Source: Sulfurospirillaceae bacterium (GTDB lineage Bacteria; Campylobacterota; Campylobacteria; Campylobacterales; Sulfurospirillaceae). Taken from it: 64,000 bases of DNA. The notes below the pieces were generated by a model. The model was given only the letters and a program-made list of their open reading frames with translations. It was not told the DNA's origin and did no database searches. The stretch's first letter is position 1; every line of letters starts with the position of its first letter. Of the stretch, positions 10,484 to 20,287 are shown in pieces. The stretch covers positions 160,001 through 224,000 of the forward strand of contig JAWVXD010000002.1 in NCBI GenBank assembly GCA_033723415.1, written 5' to 3'. The position numbers and the translations under genes were made by a program.

Positions 10484-11763
10484 CTTACAACTCCTCTTAA
10501 ATCATTTCCGTATATCACTGCAAGCTTTGCTATGACTTGCCATTTTTGTGAAACTGTTTCATAATAACTTGATATCGCACTTAAAACTTTATCTTCATAA
10601 ACAAGGTAATCTTCTTCGCTCATTCTTCCCTGACTAAAGGAAAGCTTTGCAAATTTCAAAAGATCTTCTCTTTTTTGTATGTTAAGTTGTTTTAATTTTT
10701 TAGATTTCGACAGTAATATCAACTCTTTTTGTAAAGCCTTGGCTTGAGATTTTAATTCTTGCTCAGTTTTTCTGAGTTTCATTCTATCTCTCATAATCTC
10801 TACTTTTTTTAACTGCATATCAATGTCTTCACCTCTACTGTACAAAGGCATAGAGACTCCCAATCTATAATACCCATATCCTCTGTGCACGCTCTGCCCG
10901 TATAGAACATCATCTTGTGCATAGTTTTCACTCCACATAAGATCAAACGAAACTTTAGGATAGTATCTTTTTGCAAAACTTGCCTCAAAATCACTATTTG
11001 ATGCATTTATAATTTCTTGAAGAGGTTTAAGTGCAAAAATTTCACCTTTTTGGACATCTGTCACCAAGTGCATCTTTGCAGGTTTTTTTATCTCTAATCC
11101 TGTTAAATTTTCTATTGCTGAGACTAATGTTGCTTTTTTTATAAAGAGATTATTTATATTTATGTCCAATTGATTTATTTTTTCATCTATCTTATCAAGT
11201 GAAATTCCGGGCATCCTTCCTGAGTTTACGGAGATCTCTAGATCATCTCTTGTTTTTTGTAAAGATTTTTTTGTTTTTTTCAATGTTAACACTAGATTTT
11301 CCAAATATTCCAATGAAGCGTTTGCCCCCAACACTAAAGCCTCTTGTTGATAAAAATTAAGCTCTTTTTTCAATCTGGCACTTTTTGCAAGATATTTCGC
11401 TTTTTTACTTAAATCACCAAGTTCTTTTACAAAAACGGGAATATGTACTCCAACTCCTATTTGCTCGATTGTATTTGAAAAGGGAAGCGGCTCGTTCTTC
11501 GCTATTAATTTTGCTGCAGCTAGCGGATCTAACGGTCTTAGATTTGTCGCAGAATTATAATGAGTATAATTAGCAAACATGTTTGCCTCAGGATAATACC
11601 CTGCTTTGGTCTTATCTTCTGCAATATTTGCCATTTTTGAACTCAGTTCATCTATCTTTGTTGCAGGTTGTTGTTTTAGAGCTTTGAACAATTCATCCAT
11701 AGTTGTAGCGTTTAAGTTGATAACTACTATAAATGAGATCAATAGCGATAATTTTTTCATCAT
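10480..11763 (-). CDS. TolC family outer membrane protein
   Basis: Signal peptide, duplicated YYP repeat, position in efflux operon. Confidence 0.88.
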   Translation of the reverse strand: MMKKLSLLISFIVVINLNATTMDELFKALKQQPATKIDELSSKMANIAEDKTKAGYYPEANMFANYTHYNSATNLRPLDPLAAAKLIAKNEPLPFSNTIEQIGVGVHIPVFVKELGDLSKKAKYLAKSARLKKELNFYQQEALVLGANASLEYLENLVLTLKKTKKSLQKTRDDLEISVNSGRMPGISLDKIDEKINQLDININNLFIKKATLVSAIENLTGLEIKKPAKMHLVTDVQKGEIFALKPLQEIINASNSDFEASFAKRYYPKVSFDLMWSENYAQDDVLYGQSVHRGYGYYRLGVSMPLYSRGEDIDMQLKKVEIMRDRMKLRKTEQELKSQAKALQKELILLSKSKKLKQLNIQKREDLLKFAKLSFSQGRMSEEDYLVYEDKVLSAISSYYETVSQKWQVIAKLAVIYGNDLRGVVR

Positions 11764-12392
11764 TAGTCCTTCAGCATTTTTGTAATTTTTCTTATTAAGT
11801 AGTCTGATATTTCAGCTATATCACAATTTGCACAAGTATCTATATTATCTATTTCTAGTGCTTTTATTCTCAAAGGTTTTGTCGTTATCACAAGATTGAT
11901 AGTGCCTATGATCATAAAATACAAGACCATAGGTACAATATCATTAAAAGAACCATCTTTTTTTCCTCTATCTAATATATCACTAAAAAGAGCAAATAAT
12001 TTTCTCATCTTATAAAATAAATTTTCTGACATCACTGAACCGCTGTTGCTTAATTCTTTTAGTAAGAGTGCAGGTAAATGTGGATTATTTGAAGCAAAGA
12101 AAGCATATGTTTTTATAAAATTTTTTAACTCCTCCATCGGATTTTTGTAATTTTGATTCTCTTTTTGAACAGTTATATATATTTCATCAATGACTGTTTC
12201 CATAACTGCTTCATATAGACCTTGTTTGTTTTTAAAATAATAAAATATCATTGCTTTGTTGAGACCGCTCATGTTCGCTAGTTCATCCATCGAACTCAGA
12301 TTAAAACCTTTTTTAGAAAAAAGTTTAATTGCGCACTCCAAAATAAGCTTTTTGGAAGCTTCAGAATCTCTTTTTTTAACAGCCTTCTCCAT
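11763..12392 (-). CDS. TetR/AcrR family regulator
   Basis: LFSKKGF...SGLNKAMIFYYFKNKQGLY HTH; C-terminal CANC. Confidence 0.93.
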   Translation of the reverse strand: MEKAVKKRDSEASKKLILECAIKLFSKKGFNLSSMDELANMSGLNKAMIFYYFKNKQGLYEAVMETVIDEIYITVQKENQNYKNPMEELKNFIKTYAFFASNNPHLPALLLKELSNSGSVMSENLFYKMRKLFALFSDILDRGKKDGSFNDIVPMVLYFMIIGTINLVITTKPLRIKALEIDNIDTCANCDIAEISDYLIRKITKMLKD

Positions 12393-12403
12393 TCCGTTTC
12401 CTT

Positions 12404-12425
12404 ATTAACTAACTAGATAGTTAAT
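12404..12425. promoter_or_regulatory. candidate TetR operator
   Basis: ATTAACTA-ACTAGA-TAGTTAAT inverted repeat immediately upstream of the tetR RBS. Confidence 0.65.
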
Positions 12426-12725
12426 TATATATTTACTACTCTTAAAATCAACATAAATGATAAAAAATAAATACAACGAAGAATTAACGAGCCAATAGTA
12501 TTAGTGTAAAAATTTGAAATTCAAGAATAAAAACGCTATCATGATACTATAACAAGTATCTGAGATTATCAATGTTTAGGCACTCGAAAATGCAAGATAA
12601 ATTTAACAATATAAATAAGCTTTCCCATACTACGCATCTGCAAAACATTTAAATATCTCAAGCATATACAATATATAGAAAAAATTTAATTGCTTTAATC
12701 TACTTCTAAATGCAAATAATTCTTA

Positions 12726-12754
12726 TTGACTATTATTTTTTATTTAGATAGAAT
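12726..12754 (+). promoter_or_regulatory. sigma70 promoter of rubrerythrin gene
   Basis: TTGACT-17 nt-TAGAAT, followed by AAGGAG RBS. Confidence 0.65.
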
Positions 12755-12783
12755 TTTAGTAGAATTAAAATAAAGGAGTACAG

Positions 12784-13431
12784 ATGAAACAGTACGAAAC
12801 ATACAAATGTAACGTTTGTGGGAATGAAGTAGAAGTTCAAAATGTTGGTGGAGGAACACTTGTTTGTTGCGGTAAAAACATGGAGTGTACTACAAAAGAT
12901 TTGACAGCAGTAAATCTTATGAAAGCATTTGCAGGTGAAAGTCAAGCTAGAAATAAGTATGAATTTTTCGGAGAACTGGCTCGTGAGGCTGGTTGGCATT
13001 CTATAGCTGATCATTTTATGGAAGCAGCTACTAATGAAAAATATCATGCAAAAGCAGAGTATGAGGCTTACAACAAACTAGTTTACGGCATAGAGATGCA
13101 CGAAACGCTCAAGAATCTTGATATGGCGATCGAAGGCGAGCATTATGAGCATACCGAGATGTATCCAAATTTTGCTGCTATTGCCGAAGAAGAAGGACAC
13201 AAAGACATAGCTCGTTTACTAAAAGCCATAGCAAAAGTAGAAATAGAACATGAGAGAGAATATGCTGAACTTAAGAAAGTACTTGAAGAAGAAGGATTTT
13301 TCGACAGTACAGAAGATGAATTTTGGGTTTGCGAAATATGCGGACATGTACACAGAGGCAAGAAAGCTCCTAAAGCATGCCCTCTTTGTAAAGCGCCTCA
13401 GGAATATTTTCAAAGACAGCATTTGTATTAA
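12784..13431 (+). CDS. rrc: desulforubrerythrin (desulforedoxin + four-helix di-iron + rubredoxin domains)
   Basis: CNVCGN...VCCG N-domain; AFAGESQARNKY; ExxH pairs; C-terminal CEICG...CPLC. Confidence 0.9.
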   Translation: MKQYETYKCNVCGNEVEVQNVGGGTLVCCGKNMECTTKDLTAVNLMKAFAGESQARNKYEFFGELAREAGWHSIADHFMEAATNEKYHAKAEYEAYNKLVYGIEMHETLKNLDMAIEGEHYEHTEMYPNFAAIAEEEGHKDIARLLKAIAKVEIEHEREYAELKKVLEEEGFFDSTEDEFWVCEICGHVHRGKKAPKACPLCKAPQEYFQRQHLY

Positions 13432-13438
13432 CAACTTG

Positions 13439-13464
13439 GTATTTGCTGAGTTTTCGGCAAATAC
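13439..13464 (+). other. intercistronic hairpin between rrc and DPS-like gene
   Basis: GTATTTGCTGA-GTTT-TCGGCAAATAC with G-U pairing; no strong U-tract. Confidence 0.55.
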
Positions 13465-13487
13465 TCAACCTTTAAAAGGATGATATC

Positions 13488-14003
13488 ATGGCAAAAAGAG
13501 GAATATCTATACTAAGAGGAATCGAAGCCGAGGAGGTCGTCAAACTTTTAAATAAAGCCTATGCTGACGAATGGCTGGCTTATTACCAATATTTTATTGA
13601 AGCAAAAGTTGTCAAAGGGATCATGAAAGATGCCGCGATCGCTGAGTTGACTCAACACGCAGCTGATGAATTGCGTCATGCGACTATGGTGAGTGATCGC
13701 ATCCTACAACTTGGGGGCACGCCGCTTCTACATCCAAAAGATTGGCTAGCTCAAACAAACTGTGGCTATGATGCCCCGGAAGATGCAAACGTTTTACCTA
13801 TTTTAGAACAAGCTATCAAAGGTGAACAGTGTGCTATTGGCATCTACTCAAAACTTACAGATATAACGCGTGAAAAAGATATAGTCACCTATGATATGGT
13901 ATCTCAAATATTAGCTGACGAAGTGGAACATGAAGAAGATCTTCAAGCTCTTTATGATGATATTCACGAGTTTATAGCTGAAGTTAAAAAAAATATCAAA
14001 TAA
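13488..14003 (+). CDS. DPS-like (DPSL) / bacterioferritin-related ferritin-like protein
   Basis: LNKAYADEWLAYYQY, DELRH, GEQCAI, DEVEHEEDL. Confidence 0.88.
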   Translation: MAKRGISILRGIEAEEVVKLLNKAYADEWLAYYQYFIEAKVVKGIMKDAAIAELTQHAADELRHATMVSDRILQLGGTPLLHPKDWLAQTNCGYDAPEDANVLPILEQAIKGEQCAIGIYSKLTDITREKDIVTYDMVSQILADEVEHEEDLQALYDDIHEFIAEVKKNIK

Positions 14004-14008
14004 ATACC

Positions 14009-14037
14009 AAGGGAGAAGTGAAGACGACTTCTCCTTT
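14009..14037. terminator. probable bidirectional intrinsic terminator
   Basis: GGAGAAGT-N7-ACTTCTCC stem between convergent genes. Confidence 0.6.
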
Positions 14038-14046
14038 GAAGAATAT

Positions 14047-15219
14047 TTATTTTATAAACTCAGGATATGCTTCAACTCCACACTCTTCCAAATCAAGTCC
14101 CTCATATTCATGTTCCTCATCACTTCTAAGCCCTATTAGCTTTTTGATTATATAAAATACGACAAAAGAAAAAGTAAAAGTAAAAACACCTATTACAACT
14201 ACTCCTTTAAATTGAGTCATAAATGACACATTTGAAAAAATAGAAACTGCCAGTGTTCCCCAGATACCGTTTATAAGATGAACCGAAAGAGCACCTACAG
14301 GGTCATCAATTTTAAGTTTGTCAAACAAAGGAACAGCATATATGACTAATCCTCCGCCAACGGCACCTATAACGATCGGCTCCCAAAGTCCGAAAAGATC
14401 AGCTCCGGCCGTAATCGCTACAAGTCCGCCTAAGGCACCGTTTAGAATCATAGTAATATCTAGTTTTTTATATTGCATATATACTATAATGGTAGCTGTG
14501 ATCGCTCCGGCAAGTCCTGCAGTATTTGTATTGACTATAATTAATCCAACTAAATCGGCAGCAGATTTTGATGATATATGAAATGCACTTCCACCGTTGA
14601 ATCCAAACCAGCCGATCCAAAGAAGAAGTCCACCTAGCGTAACCAATGGAATATTTGATGCAGGAATCGGTTTGATTTTACCATCTGCCGCATACTTGCC
14701 TTTTCTAGGTCCTAAAACTATTATAGCCGCTAGTAGTGCCCATCCTCCGACTGAGTGAATCACACTGCTTCCTGCAAGATCATGCATATCTTTTAAAAAT
14801 CCTCCGCCCCATGTCCATTTTCCGACCATAGGATATATAAATCCGCTCATGATAATCGCAAATGTCATAAATGGGAGTATTCGGATTCGCTCACTAACAC
14901 CGCCACTCATTATGGAAACTGTTTTACTAACAAAAGCCATTTGAAAAAAGAAAAATGCAAAACCGCTATATCCCACTACTTGAACGCCTTTTAGGAAAAA
15001 ACCGCTGCCGTTGAACATGAGATTATATCCCCAGATTAAATATACGAATGAACAAACAGCATATAAAAGAACATTGCCTGTTAGTACGGCCGTTACATTT
15101 TTTGTTCTAACTAATCCAGCCTCTAACATTGAAAAACCCGGAGCCATAAATATAATAAGTACGGCTGAGAAAATTAGAAATAGTGAATCTATAGCATATT
15201 TTAAGTCTACTGTCTCCAT
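14047..15219 (-). CDS. amtB: ammonium transporter
   Basis: PGFSMLEAG, FFQMAF, HDLAGSSVIH, WIGWFGFNGGS, DDPVGALSVH. Confidence 0.96.
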   Translation of the reverse strand: METVDLKYAIDSLFLIFSAVLIIFMAPGFSMLEAGLVRTKNVTAVLTGNVLLYAVCSFVYLIWGYNLMFNGSGFFLKGVQVVGYSGFAFFFFQMAFVSKTVSIMSGGVSERIRILPFMTFAIIMSGFIYPMVGKWTWGGGFLKDMHDLAGSSVIHSVGGWALLAAIIVLGPRKGKYAADGKIKPIPASNIPLVTLGGLLLWIGWFGFNGGSAFHISSKSAADLVGLIIVNTNTAGLAGAITATIIVYMQYKKLDITMILNGALGGLVAITAGADLFGLWEPIVIGAVGGGLVIYAVPLFDKLKIDDPVGALSVHLINGIWGTLAVSIFSNVSFMTQFKGVVVIGVFTFTFSFVVFYIIKKLIGLRSDEEHEYEGLDLEECGVEAYPEFIK

Positions 15220-15313
15220 AGGTATACCTTTGCAAAATTTTCTTATATTTTACAATATTTGTATGGATTATTGTGAGTAAAAATTAAGCAGTTTTATTAA
15301 ATATTACTTAAAA

Positions 15314-15343
15314 TGCAGAAATACAGATATCTGTATTTCTGCA
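15314..15343 (-). terminator. perfect 30-bp palindrome, likely terminator after P-II gene
   Basis: TGCAGAAATACAGATATCTGTATTTCTGCA; followed by TTTT on minus strand. Confidence 0.7.
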
Positions 15344-15352
15344 AAATTATAT

Positions 15353-15691
<339 letters not shown>

Positions 15692-15798
15692 TCATATACT
15701 CCTTGAGTTTTTTTTATTGTATCTATTTTTTTATAAGTTTACTATCTGTTTTTGAACATTAAATATACAAATTAATAAATTTTAACTTAATTAAAATT

Positions 15799-16470
15799 TT
15801 AATTATTCATTTTAGATATTAATCTCTTGTTTGTAAATTTATACATTTTATTTTTTAACTTTTCCAAAATACCTGCTTTTATCAACTGTTTAAACATTCC
15901 GACAACAGTAGGTTTACTTACGTTTATATTGTCCATGATATCTTGGTAAGAGCCGTTAAATACATGATCTTCATCCAAATTGTTCATAATATATTTTAGT
16001 ATTTCTATTTTTTTACCGCCGACCAATGCAGACAGACTCTCAACTATAGATGAACAATCTTCCAATTCCTTTTTTTGTAAAATCGGTAGAACAATATTGT
16101 ACATAGAAGTAACCAATTCTCGTATATTTATTGGTTTCATGACAAACCCTTCTACTCGAAGTTTCACTGCATCAAGTAAATAATCTGTTTCAGTAAATGC
16201 TGTTGTAATTATGACAGGAGTCATATTTTTATCTTCAAATCTTAACTTTTTTAACATTTCAATGCCGTTTAAATTTGGCATCGTTATATCTGTTATGATC
16301 AAGTCAACATTTCTCTCCGAAAGAATTTTCAAACCTTCTTCTCCATCATTGGCTACTACGACTTCTTTTACAAAATCACCCAAAATCATTTTGGTTTGAT
16401 TTTGAACAGAGATATCGTCTTCTACATAAAGTACCACGCAATCTTTAAGACTATTTAGATCCATAATCAT
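15799..16470 (-). CDS. response regulator with atypical C-terminal winged-HTH
   Basis: VEDD...TDITMP...KP receiver; C-terminal SYQDIMDNINVSKPTV HTH. Confidence 0.88.
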   Translation of the reverse strand: MIMDLNSLKDCVVLYVEDDISVQNQTKMILGDFVKEVVVANDGEEGLKILSERNVDLIITDITMPNLNGIEMLKKLRFEDKNMTPVIITTAFTETDYLLDAVKLRVEGFVMKPINIRELVTSMYNIVLPILQKKELEDCSSIVESLSALVGGKKIEILKYIMNNLDEDHVFNGSYQDIMDNINVSKPTVVGMFKQLIKAGILEKLKNKMYKFTNKRLISKMNN

Positions 16471-18073
16471 TACCTCCCTTTAACGGTAAACTTATTTTTA
16501 TATTTGTACATTTTTCATATTTCCCAAAGCCGGTAAAAGAATGAGAAATATTTTCTGCGACTATCTTGCCATTCATTTGTTTTTCTATAATTTGTTGTGA
16601 CATATAAAGGCCAATTCCTGTTCCTGAAGACTTGTGCTTCGTTGTAAAATAAGGCTCAAAAATTCTATCAAGCACATCTTTTTTGATGCCCCCTCCATTG
16701 TCGATAACGTCAACATAACCATATATATCATCCGTATTTACTACGACTTCTATCAGTTTTTCTTCTAGATCAGACTCTTTTAAAGCATCTTTTGAATTTG
16801 AAAATAGATTTATTATAACTTGGGAGAATTCATTTGGAAATCCCATGATCTCAAAATCGTTTAAAGTTGTCAGAATAATATTTATCTTGTCTCTCTTATA
16901 ATAACCGCCGATAATCTCGATACTCTTCTGAATAGATTTTTCTATGCTAAATAATGTTTTCTGTTTATTTGGATTGAAAAAATTTCTAAAATCATCTATA
17001 GTTTTAGACATATTTTCTGCCAGCATCAAGCCTTCTTTTACTTGGGCATCTATAAACTCTTCAGAAAGTGTACCGTTGAGCATTTTTTTTGTCTGAAAAC
17101 TTTGTATAACTAATCCAAGAGCATTTAGAGGTTGTCTCCATTGATGTGCAATGTTGCCGATCATTTCTCCCATGGCAGCATGTCTGGATTGGCGTATCAT
17201 GATCTCATCTTTTTGGCGAGATGATTCGATGCCCTGATTGATTTTGAGCTCAAGATTACGATTCAATTCTTGTAATTCTTCTGTTTTTTCATCTACCATA
17301 TTTGCTAGATTTTCATGCAATAACCTAATGTTTTGAAGTATAACTATGGCAATGAGTGCTGCTACAAAAATCGTACCAATAGTTCCTGCGACTATCCACT
17401 CAAAAGTCGTCTTATAGACTTGATTTGTCTTTTCTTTGTCTTGTACTGAAGCTTCAAGATTAATATTGATGAGTTGCGTCAAATCAATATTTACAGAATA
17501 CACAGCCGGATATAGCTGACTTTTTAATATTTCATATGCTTGTTTTTTATTGTCGTTCTTAAATAAAATAAACATATCAGTCAAGATACTATCTATATAA
17601 TCGATTTTTTTATCTACTTTTGCTGCTAAAAAGTACTCGTCACTTGTGGTAGCCTGATTATTATTTTTAACTCTGCCTATATAAAAAAAATCTAATAATT
17701 TATCAATAAAACTATCGTTTTTAGTTGTCATGCCAAGCTTATAATCTTTCCAATCTCTTCTGATTAGATCTTGAGCTAGGAAGACAACATCTTCTCCTTG
17801 TTTATAGGCAATCAGATTTCTTTCCATATCCCTCAAAGTATCTAGAATATTTACACTGTATATGTCTTTTAACTTTTCTAAGCTTGCTATCGGAAGCATT
17901 CTTTTTGCATAAATAACATTATAGTTATCCATGATTCTGTTCAAGCTTATGTGCGAAAAGCTCCCTATGAAAAGCATCCCTGCAACCATAACTAAGAACA
18001 ATAAACTAGTCTTTTTTTCTACGGTCATATCATTTATTTTGACGATAAAATCGTACATTGGCTTATTTTTCAT
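16451..18073 (-). CDS. sensor histidine kinase with periplasmic four-helix-bundle domain
   Basis: 2 TM; IAHQWRQPL H-box; DNGGGI, FEPYFTTK, GTGIGL. Confidence 0.94.
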   Translation of the reverse strand: MKNKPMYDFIVKINDMTVEKKTSLLFLVMVAGMLFIGSFSHISLNRIMDNYNVIYAKRMLPIASLEKLKDIYSVNILDTLRDMERNLIAYKQGEDVVFLAQDLIRRDWKDYKLGMTTKNDSFIDKLLDFFYIGRVKNNNQATTSDEYFLAAKVDKKIDYIDSILTDMFILFKNDNKKQAYEILKSQLYPAVYSVNIDLTQLININLEASVQDKEKTNQVYKTTFEWIVAGTIGTIFVAALIAIVILQNIRLLHENLANMVDEKTEELQELNRNLELKINQGIESSRQKDEIMIRQSRHAAMGEMIGNIAHQWRQPLNALGLVIQSFQTKKMLNGTLSEEFIDAQVKEGLMLAENMSKTIDDFRNFFNPNKQKTLFSIEKSIQKSIEIIGGYYKRDKINIILTTLNDFEIMGFPNEFSQVIINLFSNSKDALKESDLEEKLIEVVVNTDDIYGYVDVIDNGGGIKKDVLDRIFEPYFTTKHKSSGTGIGLYMSQQIIEKQMNGKIVAENISHSFTGFGKYEKCTNIKISLPLKGGNDYGSK

Positions 18074-19217
18074 GTATCAACTTAAATTTGCCATCAATAT
18101 ATTGGCTTATCAATACTAACCGTAAACAAGGACATTTGACCGATACCGTACTTGAACAGGTATTATTTTTAATATCTTTTGACAATTTTTCCATTTCTCT
18201 TATAAAATCCGATTTTCTAAAATTTTTTCCTACGGCTTTAAAAACTTCTGCAGTCATCTCAGCAGCAAAATAACCCTCTAGTGAAACATATCCTAACTGT
18301 TTTTCAGGGAAGTACTTAGACATGAGTTCTCTATACTTTTCAACTTCTTTTTCTTTAGATGTCCAAGGAGTAGGAACAACTTGTGAGAAAAATACGTTTT
18401 TAACATTTTTATTAAGAGTCTCAACCAACAATTTTGGACTGATGAAAGAGAGAACGCCAAAATCTATATTTTTGATTATTTTGTCATTTTTTCTCGCTCT
18501 TTTTATAAATTCGGCTACAGGCATCGTAGTTCCAACCAAGATAATCGCCTCAGGTCTAGTTAGACTTATCTCATATAAAGCATTGCCTACAGAGAGTGTG
18601 TTTCTCTTATAACTTCCTTCTCCAATAATTTTCAAATTTCTTTTGTCTAGTGCTTTTCTTATACCTCTAAGACCGCTTCTTCCATAACTATCATTTTGAT
18701 AAAATACAGCTATTCTAGTAAGTTTTTTTTGATCTACAAAAAATTTTACTAAATTTTCTGTTTCTGCTTCATAACCTGCTCTCGCATTTAAGATAAGAGG
18801 ATTGGGAGGTTCTCGTAAAAAATCTGCTCCGGAAAAAGTACCTAAAAGGGGAATATTATTATCAATTGCAATTGGCAGTATTGCTCTTGAAGTCGGAGTT
18901 CCGATGATACCAAAAAAAGCAAAAATTTTATCTTTTTTTATCAAATTTTTGGCATTTTCAATAGCAAGATTCGGCTCGTATCTATCGTCTTTTGCGATAA
19001 TTTTGATAGGTCTTCCGTATATCCCACCTTTGTCATTGATATCATTAAAATATGCCATAGCACCGGTAAGCATATCGTCGCCTAAGTTACTTTTATTTCC
19101 GGAAAACGGTCCGCTCATCCCAAGGCGAATTTCTTTATCGTTGAATTTTCCTTGTGAAAAATAAAAAGATAACAAAATAACAATAAATACAATAATTGCA
19201 GAGACAATTTTATTCAT
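18063..19217 (-). CDS. periplasmic ligand-binding protein (LivJ-like, type 1)
   Basis: GGIYGRPIKIIAKDDRYEP, FYQNDSYGRSG; N-terminal hydrophobic segment. Confidence 0.88.
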   Translation of the reverse strand: MNKIVSAIIVFIVILLSFYFSQGKFNDKEIRLGMSGPFSGNKSNLGDDMLTGAMAYFNDINDKGGIYGRPIKIIAKDDRYEPNLAIENAKNLIKKDKIFAFFGIIGTPTSRAILPIAIDNNIPLLGTFSGADFLREPPNPLILNARAGYEAETENLVKFFVDQKKLTRIAVFYQNDSYGRSGLRGIRKALDKRNLKIIGEGSYKRNTLSVGNALYEISLTRPEAIILVGTTMPVAEFIKRARKNDKIIKNIDFGVLSFISPKLLVETLNKNVKNVFFSQVVPTPWTSKEKEVEKYRELMSKYFPEKQLGYVSLEGYFAAEMTAEVFKAVGKNFRKSDFIREMEKLSKDIKNNTCSSTVSVKCPCLRLVLISQYIDGKFKLIHEK

Positions 19218-19298
19218 AATGGATATAATATCATTTAGTTTTTATAAAATAGCTTAAATAAGTAAATAAAACTTAACTAAGGATAATTAAGATAACAA

Positions 19299-19943
19299 AT
19301 GAAGTGCAATATATGTAAAACTCTCACAAAGAAAATAATTGATGACAAAATGAGCAAGCTATACCATCAATGTAGCAATTGTGAGACAATTTGGCTTGAC
19401 AACGGCTTTTTCGTTGATAAAACAAAAGAAAAAATGCAATACGAAAATCACAATAATAGTTTTGAAAGTACAGGTTATGTAAAAATGTTTGAAGATTTTT
19501 TGAATTATTTTTGGCAAGATTTACCAAATAATTATACTGATGCTTTTGATTTTGGCTCAGGTCCGGGTCCGGTTTTAGCTGAAATCTTAAAACAACGAGG
19601 ATTAAATGTTGATTGTTATGATAAATTTTATCAACCATTCAAGATATATGAAAATAAGAAGTACGATCTTATCACCTCAACGGAAGTTTTTGAACATATC
19701 CAAAATCCGCTAGAAACTCTAAAACTATTTAAAGATCATCTAAAACAAGATGGACTCATCTCTATCATGACACTTTTTCACAAAAACGATACTGAAGAAT
19801 TTTTAAATTGGTGGTACAGAAGGGATCCCACACATATCTCTTTTTATACACCTCATTCATTTGAAGTAATGGCTCATATGTGTGGGCTTAAAGTCATAAA
19901 ACACGACAATAAGAGGGTTATAATTCTTACTTCTTTAGAGTAG
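19299..19943 (+). CDS. class I SAM-dependent methyltransferase with N-terminal Cys (Zn-ribbon) motifs
   Basis: CNIC...CSNC; FDFGSGPGP; TEVFEH; DPTHISFY. Confidence 0.9.
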   Translation: MKCNICKTLTKKIIDDKMSKLYHQCSNCETIWLDNGFFVDKTKEKMQYENHNNSFESTGYVKMFEDFLNYFWQDLPNNYTDAFDFGSGPGPVLAEILKQRGLNVDCYDKFYQPFKIYENKKYDLITSTEVFEHIQNPLETLKLFKDHLKQDGLISIMTLFHKNDTEEFLNWWYRRDPTHISFYTPHSFEVMAHMCGLKVIKHDNKRVIILTSLE

Positions 19944-20229
19944 GAATATACTCGGCTAAAGTTTTAATCTGCGCCTCATTCAGATTGGCTACCTGTCCTT
20001 TCATGATGCCCTTCATAGCACCGCCAAAGGTTCCTTTTTTGTAACCGTTTAGTGCTGCTTCGATCTTCTTAGAGTCCCATTTGTTGATTATCTCAGATTT
20101 ACCTAAAGCCTTTTTCTCGGCATTTAGTCCATGACAAGCAGTACACTTTTTAAACAACATCTCTGCGCTATCTGCAGCCATTGCATTTAATGCAAACACT
20201 GATAATGCGATTAATAATAACTTTTTCAT
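19927..20229 (-). CDS. cytochrome c553-type monohaem cytochrome
   Basis: Signal peptide, CTACHG, MKGIMKGQV distal Met region. Confidence 0.92.
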   Translation of the reverse strand: MKKLLLIALSVFALNAMAADSAEMLFKKCTACHGLNAEKKALGKSEIINKWDSKKIEAALNGYKKGTFGGAMKGIMKGQVANLNEAQIKTLAEYIPTLKK

Positions 20230-20287
20230 TTCAAACTCCTTTTTCTATTTATAAAAGTATAAAATAAAAAAGTGAAATGATTGTGGA

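Noticed and set aside
12733..13483. Antisense/alternate-frame ORFs over rrc (and similar short shadow ORFs throughout the track)
   Set aside because: Fully overlap well-supported genes, with no RBS or recognisable motifs.
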